A stretch of DNA of 63,966 nt, the filler included, from Atractiella rhizophila (lineage: Eukaryota), in the NCBI GenBank assembly GCA_021432655.1. It is 4 parts of 4 records of this genome, joined end to end, with 100 filler letters (N's around TTAATTAATTAA, not from the genome) between each part and the next. Parts side by side here need not be neighbours in the genome. Positions count along the whole stretch, not along the records: positions 22,351 to 48,194 come from MU271764.1; positions 48,295 to 61,408 come from MU271788.1; 2 more parts are not named here. The stretch is one strand, 5' to 3'. Numbering within the stretch: the first letter of the stretch is position 1; each line of letters begins with the position of its first letter. A program made the translations under genes and the position numbers. Below, piece after piece: positions 47,655 to 60,869 of this stretch. The notes beneath the pieces were generated by a model. The model was not told the origin of the DNA. It was given only the letters and a program-made list of their open reading frames with translations, and made no database searches.

Positions 47655-48194
47655 ATGTTCTGTTCTCCGTTTTTGTCGTCTTTTCGATGTGAATGTGAAT
47701 AAAACTGCCTTGCGTGTGTAATTTCTGGTAGCAAACAGACCGCCATATGTGCAATCTCAAGTATTGTCACTCATGGAAGCAAGGAAAAGAGACCGAAGTA
47801 AGGTTTTCAAGGGAAGAAGGTGGAAAGGAAGGCAAAGTGTGCACCCTTTCCGCTTGATTTGGCTGCACGATTATTTCCTGTGAACTCAAACCTCGAAACC
47901 AAGTGCTGTACTGTTTACGACAAGCTTCTATGGTTGAACGTAGCTGTATTTCCTCCATCGTACACTATGTGAGAGAGGGACATACCACTTGACTCCGTTT
48001 TACTTCGTCACTTCCCTTCCCTTCGCTCGTTTCTCTCGCTTCGTCCATGTTCCTTCCATTCGCTCGTTTCCTCTCGCTTCACTTCCCTCTCTCTATCTTG
48101 TTCTCCACTCGTCGGCACGTGTACATAGGGTTAGGGCCATCGCCAACCTGATTCCCCAGCGTTTCCACCATCTCATTTCGCTGGGGATCAGGTA

Positions 48195-48294
48195 NNNNNN
48201 NNNNNNNNNNNNNNNNNNNNNNNNNNNNNNNNNNNNNNTTAATTAATTAANNNNNNNNNNNNNNNNNNNNNNNNNNNNNNNNNNNNNNNNNNNN
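48195..48294. other. Contig-join spacer (artificial)
   Basis: N44-TTAATTAATTAA-N44. Confidence 0.97.
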
Positions 48295-50584
48295 CATCAA
48301 AAACGTTTGGTCACATTCAATAAACGCACATGTCTCTCCCACACCTATGAGTCAACCATTCAATTTCCTTACTTCGCTACAGTTCTGATCATCCTTTCTA
48401 AGGGATTTCCTAGGGGTTTTATTTCACGCAGAACTGCCAGCCTTTGTAGTCAAGATTTTTGGCAACAGATTGCCTTTTTTCAAATCATCTACCTTAATAT
48501 GGCCACGAATTCCAACTCCTATGGCTTGACCTTGCCGTATATCTCAATCAGCATGTGGTCGACACCTTCCTTCATCCCTTTTCTGTCCGTCCGTCTAAAG
48601 GATTTGATGATATTGATTTTAGGTGTTTTGTACGCATGGCTCCAAGTTGGCTACGAACATTGTGCACAAATGTGACTTGTTCGACGCGCGGCGTGCTCAT
48701 GTAGTGCAACAATTCTAGTACCCCCATGGTTGACAGAACCATGAGTGCGCCGATTTCGTCAGTCGGAAGCTTGGGCACGCAAATAGCAGCGTGTGAATTT
48801 GTGGAAGGGAAGGAGAAGGACCATTAATTTATCATCTGCACATACACAGGGAAGGGTTGCATGCCTCTGTCCGTCCATGGTTTGCTTTCGCGACAGTCAA
48901 CGCCTTGGTCTGATAATCAATCCTCAAAGGCCAAGCGTCGCACGAGAGGCTTCTCCATATCGTGATTCCAGCCCTTATCTTGCTCCCTGTTATGAGATTC
49001 TTCGCATTGGCGAATTGCCTTTACCCTGAGAAGGCGGAATCTGACATTGTTGTGAGATACTGTGCTGTCTGCTTGTTGAGTCCACGAATGTCTAGATATG
49101 ATGTTTCTTGGATGCCTTTCCTTCCGCTCGAATGTTAATCATAAAGACGATTATATTTATTGTCAGACTGCATGCGTTCAACTTATTACCTCCTGCCTAT
49201 GTTCCCCGCTCTTGCTCTTAAGTCTCCTTCCACGCTTGCATCCAAAAATAGGATCAACACACTGAAACTGATAATATTTCTTTCAATTTACAGTGTCAAT
49301 CCCCAGTGGCAAAATTCACAGGTGCACGCGTAGCAAGCAGGAATAGGTATGACCGACGGTTGGTCGTCCTTATCCTCCTTTCCCTCTCCTCCTCACCTTG
49401 ATCCGCAACGAGACAGGCATCCTCTCTCTCCTCCATAATGCTACAGTTCTACATATCGGTCTGTTCAGGAATGAGAATACGCTTGATCCAGTGGAATATC
49501 ATAATAAACTCCCAAAGAAGGTGGTCGCAGATGAAGACTTTGTGCAACCCTCCCCTTTTCACTTCTTTACCCTTTATCTCTTATTCTTATTGACTTGGCG
49601 TGCGACGTAGATCCAAAGTCTGCCACTGCTAGTGGCACAGCATTCGCAGCCGTCCACATGTTTGTGCATTACCTTCCTATCTCAGGCTACACCTTGTCAT
49701 CAGGTGGTGCTTGGCATGCAATGCGAAACAGCAAGATTGGGGTATACCTGTAGAGAACATCCTCTGCCTCGTCGCCTCGTTCCCAGGCCTCCAAAAGATC
49801 ACGCGAGCCTTTCCCGACCTGGAGATCTGAACTGCAGCCATCGATCAAGAAGTGCGTCCCTCCCCTACCATGTCTCCATGCCATATCCCTGGAATACCTT
49901 TTATTGATGTTGAATTGGGGTGGTGCAGCTTACGAAGGAAGGTATGATCTCCCCTGGACTAGGTGTCGGTGGAGATCGCCTCTTTGGCACGGGCAGCTAT
50001 GCGCAGTCATGATTCTTCATCCTTCCTTTCGGCTTTCAGCTTTGTCTGAGAATGGAATGGGTAAAGCTGCCAGCAGAAGCACTGCCGAGGCAGATGGTGA
50101 AGCGGCTGTGTTCTTAGATTCCTTCAGTTGTAATCTGTTTCTCTCTTCGGCACGCCGTTTTTTTCATGACTGGAGACTTGCAACAATCCACGGCAAGTCT
50201 GGACAGAGGCATGTGCCCTGTTATCACCACCACTGGCAGTTCTCGTTCAAGTTGCCTCCAAGCTGTGCTATAGTACGTTGATGGGGTGGGGATGATCGAT
50301 CGTTCAACCAAACTTGATCTTCCTTCCCAGAGGTGACCGGTGAAGGCTGGTAAAAAGTGGATCGCGGGGTGGTGAAAACACTTAGCAGAGGTCCAGGAAA
50401 AAGCGCTAAAGCATGACAATTGAGAGGAGTGACATTTATCAGCAAAAAAAAGTCGTCATTGTGAGAATACTCCTACTTCTGAGACAGTTACACGATATCA
50501 ATACACCCAGTTAGAGAAATCATACAATCATATCGGTTCGTTACATTCGTTGAAGCATGGGCTCAATGAAACACAATCACAACA

Positions 50585-52830
50585 TCACAATCCTCGCTGC
50601 GTCGCAGTCGGCGGAGCTGTATAAATTTCGGGATATCTGGACGGGTACGGATTTCCCCCATAGCCCTCGCGGGACTGCTGGTATTCCAAGGCTGGCGTCA
50701 CGCTCAGCTGGTGCCTATTCGTCATATCGGTGACCTGCAAAGCGTTCACCTGTCCCATCGTGAAAGGTTGGAAGAATTGCTCCTGATCCCCTTTTTCGTA
50801 CGAATGCGAAACATCCGACGTTTGATAAAGTGTCGATGACCTATCGCTAATGGGTACACTTATGGGAGAAGAAATGGACTCTCTGTTTGGCGGTTCGCTC
50901 GGTGGCGTTCTAGCACGTCTGTAGCGACGGCGTAGGCAGAATGCGAGAAGGAGGATGAGGATGAGTGCCACAGCCCCACCAACCGCGCATCCCACGATCA
51001 AACCGAGATGTGAGACAGGGTGGGGGCAAGCTCCTTGACAAGGATAATCGGTGGCGGTGTAGCTTCCCCCACTGTTGGGGGCCGTTCCGTCCGTGCCAGG
51101 AAGGCCAGAACCGGCCAGAGAGCCAGAGTTGGGCTGGATAGCCTGAGCGAAACCGATATAGTGCTCATTGTTGGGGTTAAAAGAGTAGGCGGTGTACCAG
51201 TTCTTCAGGAAGCTGGCACCAAGAAGTGCGAAGGGAGTACCATCGGTGTCTTTAGCCTGTCACCCATCCAGAACAAAAAGGATTAGTGAATGAACTGGAC
51301 AACGACGGCGGGAGACATACGTCCATGCTGTAAAGGAAAAAGCTACACGAGTCGCTATTGTTTTTGTAGAAGATATCGAGAGGAGCTATGTCTACTTAAC
51401 CGTGTAAACATCGTTCCCCAAGAAACAATGGGATGGGGAAAACGTACCGTATACCTGACCGAAAATATCGAATCCCAGCCGCATCGTCGCCAAGTTTGCA
51501 CAGGTCGTCGTAATCTGGTATGCAGGTCCCCCATTTCCGACAGCCTGGATCTGGGCCCCAATCCCTTGTGCGTAGGCTTGGATGACAGACGGTGGGAGAG
51601 CCAGGTCATATCCCACGGCAAGGAGAGCCCTACACTTCGTTCCGTCAATCGTTCGACCTCTGTAGGTCAAACCAGAGGTATCCACAGCCCAGTACTTATC
51701 GCTCGTCACCGGTACCCACTTCAAATCTCCTCTGTAATGCTCAACGTTACTGCAACCGATACAGATTTCTCCACCATTTGAATTGCTATCATCGAAGGTA
51801 CCGCTCGAGTCGGTGTTGAGGATTGTGTTCTGGATCGTATAATCTCGTGCGAAGAAGATCGAAAAGTAGTTGTAATCGAGCGTCCCTCCGTTTCCAGCGA
51901 CGAGATTCTCCATGAACGTAGTTTGGTTGTTCCGTGCTTGCGCGAACCCAAGCCCAATGATTCCATCCCCCACCTGCCGCTCAAAAATTGGCGTCGTGTG
52001 GTTGGCAAGGCCGAAGCCACTATTAGGGATGGTGAATCCCGCGATGGTGAGTGTATCTTGGGCTACGAATCCGTCGGTTGTGTACCCTTTCAAGGTTCAG
52101 GACATGTGGCAGAAAGTGGAAAGATGGAAATGTAGCAGACACACCTTCACCATAGCTTATGTTCCTGAATGCAGAAGAATTAGGGTGACTGGATGAAGAT
52201 GAAGATTGAGCAGACGAACCAAGGGATTTGGGAACCGACAAAAGTGGAAGAAGCTGACGGTTGGAATTTACGATGGGCACTGGTCTATACAATATGCCAA
52301 ACTTGTGTGTCCTCCGCCATGGGAGCAAAAAGCAAACGCACGTTAGCAGTCGGGTCATCTAGGAATTCGTCAGCTCCTTAGAGAACCATGGGCGAACTGA
52401 ACTCACAAACCCACAGATCAGATGATATACCTTCCCGCACTTGAGTACGTGTTTTATCGCGTAAGAAGGCACGTACTGTCAAACTGTAGGCAAGGCATGG
52501 GATCAGCGCCTCTTCAAGGTCTCGCAAGATGCGGAGGAACTCAAACCTGGACAAGAAAACTTTGAGGTGGCGTACCAAGCTCCACCGTTCCAGCGTAAAT
52601 TCCGTCGAGTGGGGGGCCTGTTTGCAATCATTAGAGGCTGTGCTTGCATGAAAACCGATCTTTGACATACCATTGACCAAAGGCGCCGTCTCGGAAGCTC
52701 TCTTCCACGCTCTCTTCTCCTCCTGCCCAGCTTTAATTCTCGCCGAGTTCTTCAACTTTCTCGTTAACGAAATAGTATTGAGAGAAGCAGCCGCCTCCAA
52801 CCCTGCCAGTACGCACAACAAGTGCTTCAT
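50585..52830 (-). CDS. Pepsin-like (A1) aspartic protease homolog, type I membrane protein, probably inactive
   Basis: Signal peptide, GTPPQSFLVQ, SSDLW, ISYGEG, QDTLTIAG, FGLA, DGIIGLGF, GEICIG, YWAV, LLGASFLKNWYTAY, IGFA, then TM LIVGCAVGGAVALILILLLAFCL-RRRYRR and a cytoplasmic tail. Confidence 0.88.
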
Positions 52831-54195
52831 GACGAAAATTAATATCCAAGGAGTTGGTGATGTGCCGTTAACACGTTGCTGGTTGCCAGCGGCTTCAATT
52901 GTCGCACACAGCGCTTTTAAAGGTTTCTGTGATTCCACGAACAGAAAGACGATTATGCCAAGTTAGATATTGGATTGCTTGGCACCTGTAAGTTGAATGA
53001 ATGTGAAGTAGCTGAGGGTATGGATGTTTCCCTCTACCCACACATAACCCAAGTTCCCATCCTCCAAGAGAAGCTCTCGAAGCCTGCCATCGTAAAAACA
53101 ACAAACTCATCTCGAAGTTGGTTGGTATTGATCTCAGTGCTCTGCAATCATTTCACCCTGCAATTCAAATTAACATTCATCCCGTCAACGAAGGCGAAGA
53201 TCTTGCATAAACGCGGCCGATGGGTCTTGAACATCGAACGTTGAACATCCACAAGACCGATTCATTGATTTCATTGGTTCCCAAGCACGGATGAAAGGAA
53301 GAGGAGGCTAAAGGCGAACTTGAAATTGACGCTGTACTGCAAGGGATGCTAACGGCGATGCTTTGAACGCCTTGAACATGAGAAGGGAATATCGTAACGT
53401 CGCGCCTATAAATTAACATCGTTGCATGCTCCGAAGAACTGCTTCACATGCAGTTGTCTAGAGTCTCTAGCTTGGCATACCTCCAATTCCAAGTTTTCGA
53501 GAATCATGCACATAGATCAATATGAGGCTCGTACGTCTTCGTGCGGAGAGGGCTATTGACAAACCTGGGAGGTTTCAAAAGCGGGAGCGGGAATCTTCCT
53601 ATTTTGGAAATTGGAAACTGGTGTGGAAACTAATTTGAACCATACGCGCCAACAAACTGCAGTTCGTAACCAACTAAAGCCGCAAGCTGTTCCCTTTTGC
53701 CTCTCCTTTGTATAAAGGCGCATACGTTAAAGGTGCAAGGTAGCTTATTGACCTAATGGGAGGTGAAGTCTTTCAATGACGACCCATTCGAGATTGCTAT
53801 ATTCACAGTTATCACAGTACGGCGACGCATCGACGTTATGACCTGTGTTTAGCTCCTGGGCTTTTGGGCCTAAAGATAAAACAAGCACATTTGCTCAACG
53901 AGCCCGTGTGCTATCCAAAACGTGCTTGCTTCCTTGCACCATACTTTCGATGTGTTCTCGTGCCAGAAAGAGACAAACAACATACCTAAATTCTCAAATC
54001 CATTGCCAATTCTTTCCCCGATCTCTTGCATGGAATTTTCCGGCGCTCAAGCCTGGGCGATGTCCAACGCTTTTGCTTATGCGACTCAGTTCTCTAAAAA
54101 AAACAACGGGAGAGAATGTGATGAGAATTTCTTTGGTACTTAATATCTGTTCGAGAGGTGTTGCTATGGTTGTGCATAGGTCTATACAATCTATC

Positions 54196-55204
54196 TTAAT
54201 TTGCAGTTGGTTTTCTTCCAGTACAAATGACAGCAACAAAATCGAGCTCGAATGAGTCACTCCCGTACCTCTCGACTAGCACTTGCTCAAGGGTTTCCTT
54301 CAGCTTTTCTTTCAATTCTTTCTTCTGTTCTTCAGACCAAGCCATGGTCATCAAGTTGATGAGCATCGGTTGCCCATACGCAAATGTGCGAGCGCTATCC
54401 ACCTTGAACTTGCACGGGTAGAGTTCGACTTGGACGTCTTCGAGAGATAGAGGCGGCGACTGTACAACTTGGGATATATATTCGGATGAATACCAGTCCC
54501 CGGTTCTGACCGAAGGCCTGGTAGGGTCTTGCATTGCTGGCGGCCCTGGGAGACGAGATATTGCTTCGTTCGCTGGTGGAAACCTGTCAAGCCGTATAAT
54601 CCGGATAGGTTTAATTGAAAAGTAACGAAAACGCACCACCCAAGGCTATTCCAGGTTGTGAACCCAATGACTCCTCCTGGCTTTGTCACTCGTATTGCCT
54701 CTAAAACTCAAGTTAGGTGAGAGACATTGATTTGAGGTTGCGGACCTTGTATTGCTTTCACAGGTTCCGGAACCATCATGAAGCAGAAGTTGGTCAATGT
54801 GTGAGAAAAGGTGTTGGAAGGAAGTTTGAGATCCTGCCAGATTGTTAGAGAGGAAGAGTCAGAAGTACTAGGAGATGGCACACCATTGCGTCAGCAACCT
54901 TCGTCGATACATTGTTCCAGCCCTCCTCTTTGATTCTCCCGTCAAGGATGTGAAGCATTGCCTGGCTGATGTCGGTTGCAGTGATTTCGACATTTTCGAA
55001 GTGCTTTTCATTCTTGATTAGCGCAGTGATGACTCCAGTCCCACATGCATTGTCCAAAATGTTGAGCCCTTCGAAAGGCAGAGGCTGGGCGAAAACGCCG
55101 CTTTTCTCCAGAAGGCGCCTTCCGGGAATGGAAGTGCCTCGTTCGAACTCGCGATATTGCTGAGCAACTTCAGAATTATGAAACTGGTCTGAAAACTTTT
55201 GCAT
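54196..55204 (-). CDS. Class I SAM-dependent methyltransferase
   Basis: ILDNACGTGVI motif I, ATDISQAML, VADAM, FSHTLTNF, RVTKPGGVIGFTTW; three introns. Confidence 0.92.
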
Positions 55205-56316
55205 GATGGTACGCTTTCAACTGGAGTGGTTGAAATCTCACGCCGTGTCGTGGGAAGGACGACGGTTCTCCCCGTCCTTTTATTGGAAATGTCATGCACA
55301 GGCCGCATAACTCGGCTAGGACCAACACCAGATGGCATGTTCTTTCTGTTGTACAGTGTCACCATTGAACATTCATTCCCTGCCATCCTGAAGCTAGTGG
55401 CGACGAGCTGACTTGAATGTCCAGGATATCGAGAAGTCTATCCGTACAAATTGAGCTTATCCGTCAAGAGGCTCTGTCAATAAAGGGCTGGGATCAGTAG
55501 AAACGCAGCAAGGGACAGCGAAACTGCAGTGCTCGCGTCAACAAACTCTCATTTTAGGATGGCAGTCTGTTAATTTTCAACCTATTATCCCGAATGAACT
55601 CCTCATTGCAAGCTCAGATGATCGAACACAGCATAGAAGCCATATGCAGAAGCCACCTTATTGAGGCTGATGCTGATGATGAAGGTGTGAGTTGGGTTGG
55701 ATCCAACAGAGATATCGCAACTGATAAAAGATCTCAGAATAGAGATCCACTGACGGCCTGCTCCTCAAATTTGAGTACGCTTCATTGAGAGTTTTGTTGG
55801 ATGTTGACCATACTACGAAGGTAGTCGTAAGGAGAGAAAGGCATTTCGAGCTAGACGTTTTCCTAGAAGAAATATACAATGCGTTGCTCGAACCCCCATT
55901 ATTGTGAGTGACTATAGAGTTGGGCAACTGGTCTGAAAGCTGCTGGATACTTTCCAAAGAGAGCCGCTAACTTGGCTCAAACAGACCAGCAAGGAATTGC
56001 ACTTTTCAGGTTTGTTACCACCATCTTTGGTAACTTACAAGCTGAATATGAATGTAGGGCAGGTTGAGGGTCTAGATATGACCACTCTGGACGAGCATCA
56101 CATTATTCCCTAGTTCTGGCTGCGATTGAGTATGTAATCTTTGCACTTTGAAGCTTCTGCAAGCAGCTACTAAGAAACCTCCCTGTCAGAGTCAGAGGAT
56201 GCAGTGTATAGTTGATCCATGCCAGCCAGTTTTGACAATGGCGTGTTCGGGTACTATTCCGTTTCGTGACTGTTTTCTGGAAGAAATGAAGGCAGCATTC
56301 ATTGAAGCATTAGACG

Positions 56317-58003
56317 CTAGATGTTACGTGCTTCCTCAATTATCACTCCAAGGAGAGTGTGGTCTATGTTCACTGGCTGATCCGCAAAAGACTTCCAAAC
56401 TTCGGTATTTTTTACTTTCGACTTTGACGAAGGCAACACATCAACTTGTGGGCAGAAAAAAACGGGTCGGCGTACCCAATTTGTTGTTAAGTACTTCGCT
56501 ACTTCGCGATACACATCCGGATAAGTCTTTGAAAACTTGGAGTTTAGTTCATAGACGGCACTGTAATTGCCAAGCTCGGTTTTGATTCTTTCCAGTGCTT
56601 CTGACTTTAGTTTCTCCAGACGATAACCTGCTCATTCGTACACCACGTCAAGGGTCAATCTCATACGATGCGAAGGAAGATCTACGGTCAGCAAGTTTGT
56701 AAATGGATTTCGGTGAAGCGACATCCGTCTTTTCCAGTCGATAGACCCAAGGAGCGTCCGAACCGTCCCCTCCATGCGGAGGGTGGAGTCGCTCAGCCTT
56801 CAAATTTGAGGAGAGAGGGCCAAAATGAATTGTTCCCGAAAGTATATAACGTAGCATGGCTTTATACGTGGTATACGAAGCACCCCGCACGTTTACGACT
56901 GAGACTGGGCGTTCCGTCTTGCGTGGTTTCTCCGTAAATAGGTTAGCCGTCAAGAAGCCGCCAGTGATGCTTGAGAGTACTTACATAAAGCTTTCTGTAT
57001 AGTCGGTCTCGCTCCTCGTCCGAATCTGTCTCTTCCGAATCTGCATCTTCGGAAGGCTTCGTTTCCATATCCTTTATAGCGGATTTCGCTTCAGGTCCAG
57101 CATCCGTGATCACCTTTGAAGTTGAAGACTCCGCCATATCTGATTCAAACACTAGGTGCCCGTGATAAGTTGCTCAAACACAAGCCAAATTTGAACTCAC
57201 TTTCTTCAAAATAATCACAGAAGTGACTTAAGATCTTCTTCTGAGAATAAATCTCCAACACCGTTTCATTCTCTTTTGCAGGAAAGCGAAATACGACGTC
57301 TGCGAAGTCGGCATCATCAAACGAAAGCATCAACCACTTCACATGGGCAGATAGTTCGACATGCTGAGGGCTTGAAGTTGCCGGTTTCGTGTCATGGGTA
57401 ACATGGATTTCCAGAATAAGCAGATCCTGGTGTTTGAATTAGATCCTAAAGTTGTAATATTGAGGTTGCCACACACACTGTTTGCAGTATCTTCGTGATC
57501 GAACCATGTACGATCTGGCACAGTCTCTTTTCCCCATGAAAGGCATCCGGGTCTGAAATTTTGGTCCATTGAGTAAGTGTCCCAAGTTTCAGCCTTGGTG
57601 CTCGTGTGTACCTAGACATGAAGTTACTATTTGATGCTCCGTGGGCACGAAGGGAGATTGCCTTGATACTGAAGGTTGCATTTTTTGGAAGTCCTGTCTT
57701 TGCACTGTTCAAATAGACCTCGACAGCTCCATTCTTCTTGATCTGAAAGTCGACCTGTAGGTGAGGAATCAAAGGGGGATTCCGGTCAAAATGACTTCAC
57801 CACATACTTTCCATTGGCCATTACCAAACCAAGGTGAGGCTGTCTCCGTTGGACGATCTTTGAAGAGCTGTTTCACTCCAGTGAGCGTCCAGGTGAAGTT
57901 GAACTGAATCATCATTATTCAACAGCACCTGAAAGAGACAAGCGGCGATAGTGCGCACCGTCTGAGTCTCCTTATTCTCGCCGGTACTCACGTCCGATGA
58001 CAT
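56317..58003 (-). CDS. BTB/POZ domain protein
   Basis: FADVVFRF...IYSQKKILSHFCDYF..MFESDMAES; ASYTTYKAMLRYI..G.I.F.PLSS; SPKSIYKLADRY.L. Confidence 0.85.
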
Positions 58004-58415
58004 TCTTGACAGTCTTTCGATTGACAGTCAAGCGCTTTGCAACTGGCAACTGTGAGATTAATTGCTTCTGGTGGCGTTGGGATGGTAGATTAAACATGAA
58101 GCTCCAGCGGAGGCCGGAGATGATTAAATGACAGGATTTGGTGCAAGTCATAGAGCTTAAAACCTTGCAGTGAGCAACAGACATATGTGATAGGTGTCAG
58201 AACGTGAAGAAAGTCCGCCATCAGCCAAGTCACAGCACCGACAACACGACATTAAGACCGTCACGGTGACTGCCCCCACCCTCCGAAAGCTGGTGAAGAG
58301 GGGTTACCCAGGTGGAAAGTTAGGGTTATGGGGCACAAGGTCCTTCATTATGAGTGATAACATATTAAATACAAACTGGAAAGACAACACTGGAATATCT
58401 TCAGGACTCTCAAAT

Positions 58416-60869
58416 CTATTTTTTCTTCGGTGTTTCCTCCTCATAAGGAGTCTCATCCCACACTGGCTTTGGCTGCGTCTTCTCCCATGCTTTCGTCCAA
58501 TTGCTTGCATCGTCTTCTTTATCACCTTCCTTCCGTGCGTACTTGAGGAGTGCCTCCCTCGGGTCTTCATCACGCATCGAATCCCTCACCAAACCACGCA
58601 CAATATGCTGGGTCGCACTCGCTCCCACCCTTCCACCCTTTCCTGGCCCAACAACAGGTGGTTCAGGCCTCCTGGACTTGACAGGGTCCATACGCTCTTT
58701 CTCCCTCTTCCGCTTGCTGCTCCCACTAACAGTAACACGTCCTTCCCCGCTCTCTCTGAGTCCTCCATCGGGTGTCGGTCCATCTTCTCGGAAGTGAGGA
58801 GTGAAGATAGGAGCTGTGAGGTGTGCGTAAACGTCCTCGACTGCCTTTTGACGTGGCAGGCGGGAGAGGGAGAGTGTGGCGCCACGGAGGGAGATGGACG
58901 GAGAATAGAGGACGTGAATTGGGGTGGAGGAGAGGGAGACGAGGAGCTGGTTGATGCGCGGATGCCAGATAGTACGGATCGCAGAGCCTTTACCAACCGC
59001 TGTTCACAGAAGACCAAGTTAGATGTACGGTAAAAGTAGGATAGACTTGAAAGAGAATGGCCTACCAATACTGCGTTCATGCTCGAGTGAGCTTTTATTG
59101 AAGATCTCCACGCTCGCGCTCCCATCTTGACCTTCATCTCCGCCCCCAGTGCCAGTTCCAGTCAACAACCACTTCTCATCCGGCGAGAAGCAGAGGTTCG
59201 TTTCCTGATGCTCGTTCTTGATACCCTCCTTCACAACCACAGGTTTCTTGAACGAACGAGTATCCCAATCTGATCCAACGCCAACTAGTTAGTGCTTGAA
59301 CAAAGGTGCAGAGGAAACACACGTTTAATTGTATTATCTCCTCCACGTGTAAAGAGAGAACGTCCATCAACCGAAAACAGGATGGAAGAGGTGTGAGTAT
59401 TCTTCTCATGCGCTTTCTCGATCGTCTAGAATACCTCGTAATTAGAAAAAGGTTCCGTTTTGTCAGAGTCAAACATACATGATTTGGCCGTGCGAAGTTC
59501 GAACTGGCATTCCAAAGATGTAGGGTCCCATCCAATCCTGCAGCAGCGATAATCTTCCCATCAGAGGACCACGACGATCGCGTAATTCGGGTACGTGTGC
59601 CTCTTTCTTTCGACTTGACGACAATAACCTGCTTTGACTTTCGCTTTGACTCGATATCCCATATTCTAGCCACACAGCGCATCAGCAAGCTGAGTTGTAT
59701 CACAAATCTAGAGACGTACCGAACAGTCGAATCCTCGCTCGAGCTCATAAACCACGCTGTATCAATAGGATGCCATTGTATTCCGGTGACAGAAGCAACA
59801 TGTCCACTATAGCCAGCTATCCTCAATAAAGCACAATGCAAGCAAGGAAGGAAAGGTGAAAACAACTTACCTCGTATTGCGTAAATCACGGAGGTACATA
59901 TCCCCTTTCAAATATTCCGCAACCTCGTCGCCATCTCGATTGAAGAGTTTGGGACACCAGGTGCCGGAGCACGCGAGGAAGTGAGAGCCTGTGCTGTTCC
60001 ATGAGACGTCGTGGATCTGCAGAATTGCGTAAGTACTTGTCCACAGGCAGAGTGTCTAATATAGATGGGCGAGACGGGATACATTGTACCATGCGAAACT
60101 GATAAGTAGCATCGCTATTGAACTGAAGCCAAGAACCGCAATTCGAGGTTTGATATTTCAGGACAATGACTTCCAGGCAGCAGGAATTGCCCAGGACGTC
60201 ATGATTGCTCCAGCGACGCATAACTGACGACCACATAACAGATGTTGGCCTTATTCCGTGTGAGCAGAATGAGACTTATGAACTCCCTCTCATGGCTCGG
60301 GTGGCAGAGTTCTCTTCATGTCATCCACATATCGTCTGGCTCCACTTTTCACCTAACGAACCTACTTTAGAAAGACTTACGAAGTAGTTCCCAAACCCTT
60401 CCCAACTCCTGAACGGCCTGAAACTCCCGGAATCCATCCCTCCAAAATCCCACAACTTCAGCTCATAGTCATATCCTCCACTCACAATCCTTGCGCCGGA
60501 AGGGTCGATGGAAAGGGCGGAGACGGGCTTGGAGTGGTCCTTGAGGACTACTTCATGAGAAATCGGAAAGACTTCTCCCTCTTCTTCTTCCTCGGGTTCG
60601 TCATCGAGAGGGACTGGTTCCCGTGGGTCCTGTAGGTCGTCCTCCTGGACAGAAGGTGGCAGAGGAGGCCCTATGTCCCCTTCCTCTTCCTCTGTCGCTT
60701 GAGGAGGAGCAGGTGCAGGTTTTGGAGGCGACTTGGATGGTTTGGCTGGCTGAGGTTGAGCGCGTTTGGTTGACGCAAGCTTCTCCTTTGCGCTTTTCTG
60801 GATGGAGTGCTGCACTGCTTGAGAGGTCGTGCCAAAGCCAGTTGGCAGCCCAAAGGACGAGAGATCCAT
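58416..60869 (-). CDS. WDR70: WD-repeat protein 70 homolog
   Basis: LPTGFG N-terminus, FPISHEVVLKDHSKPVS, LWDFGGMD..FRPFR, KGDMYLRDLRNT.GHV, WHPRINQ, DPVKSRRPEPPV.GPG.GGRV, DEDPREALLKYA. Confidence 0.92.

Noticed and set aside
48126..48136. TAGGGTTAGGG telomere-like motif
   Set aside because: Fewer than two full units; expected by chance.
48295..50450. Short ORFs in 48.3-50.4 kb (also 10.0-12.0 kb and 23.5-24.5 kb)
   Set aside because: No recognisable motifs or consistent exon chains; possibly decayed genes but not supportable by eye.
58194..59137. Long overlapping ORFs (279 aa on +, 183 aa on -) at the WDR70 3' end
   Set aside because: Shadow frames of a GC-rich exon, without the splice signals or protein-like features seen for the retrotransposon ORF0.
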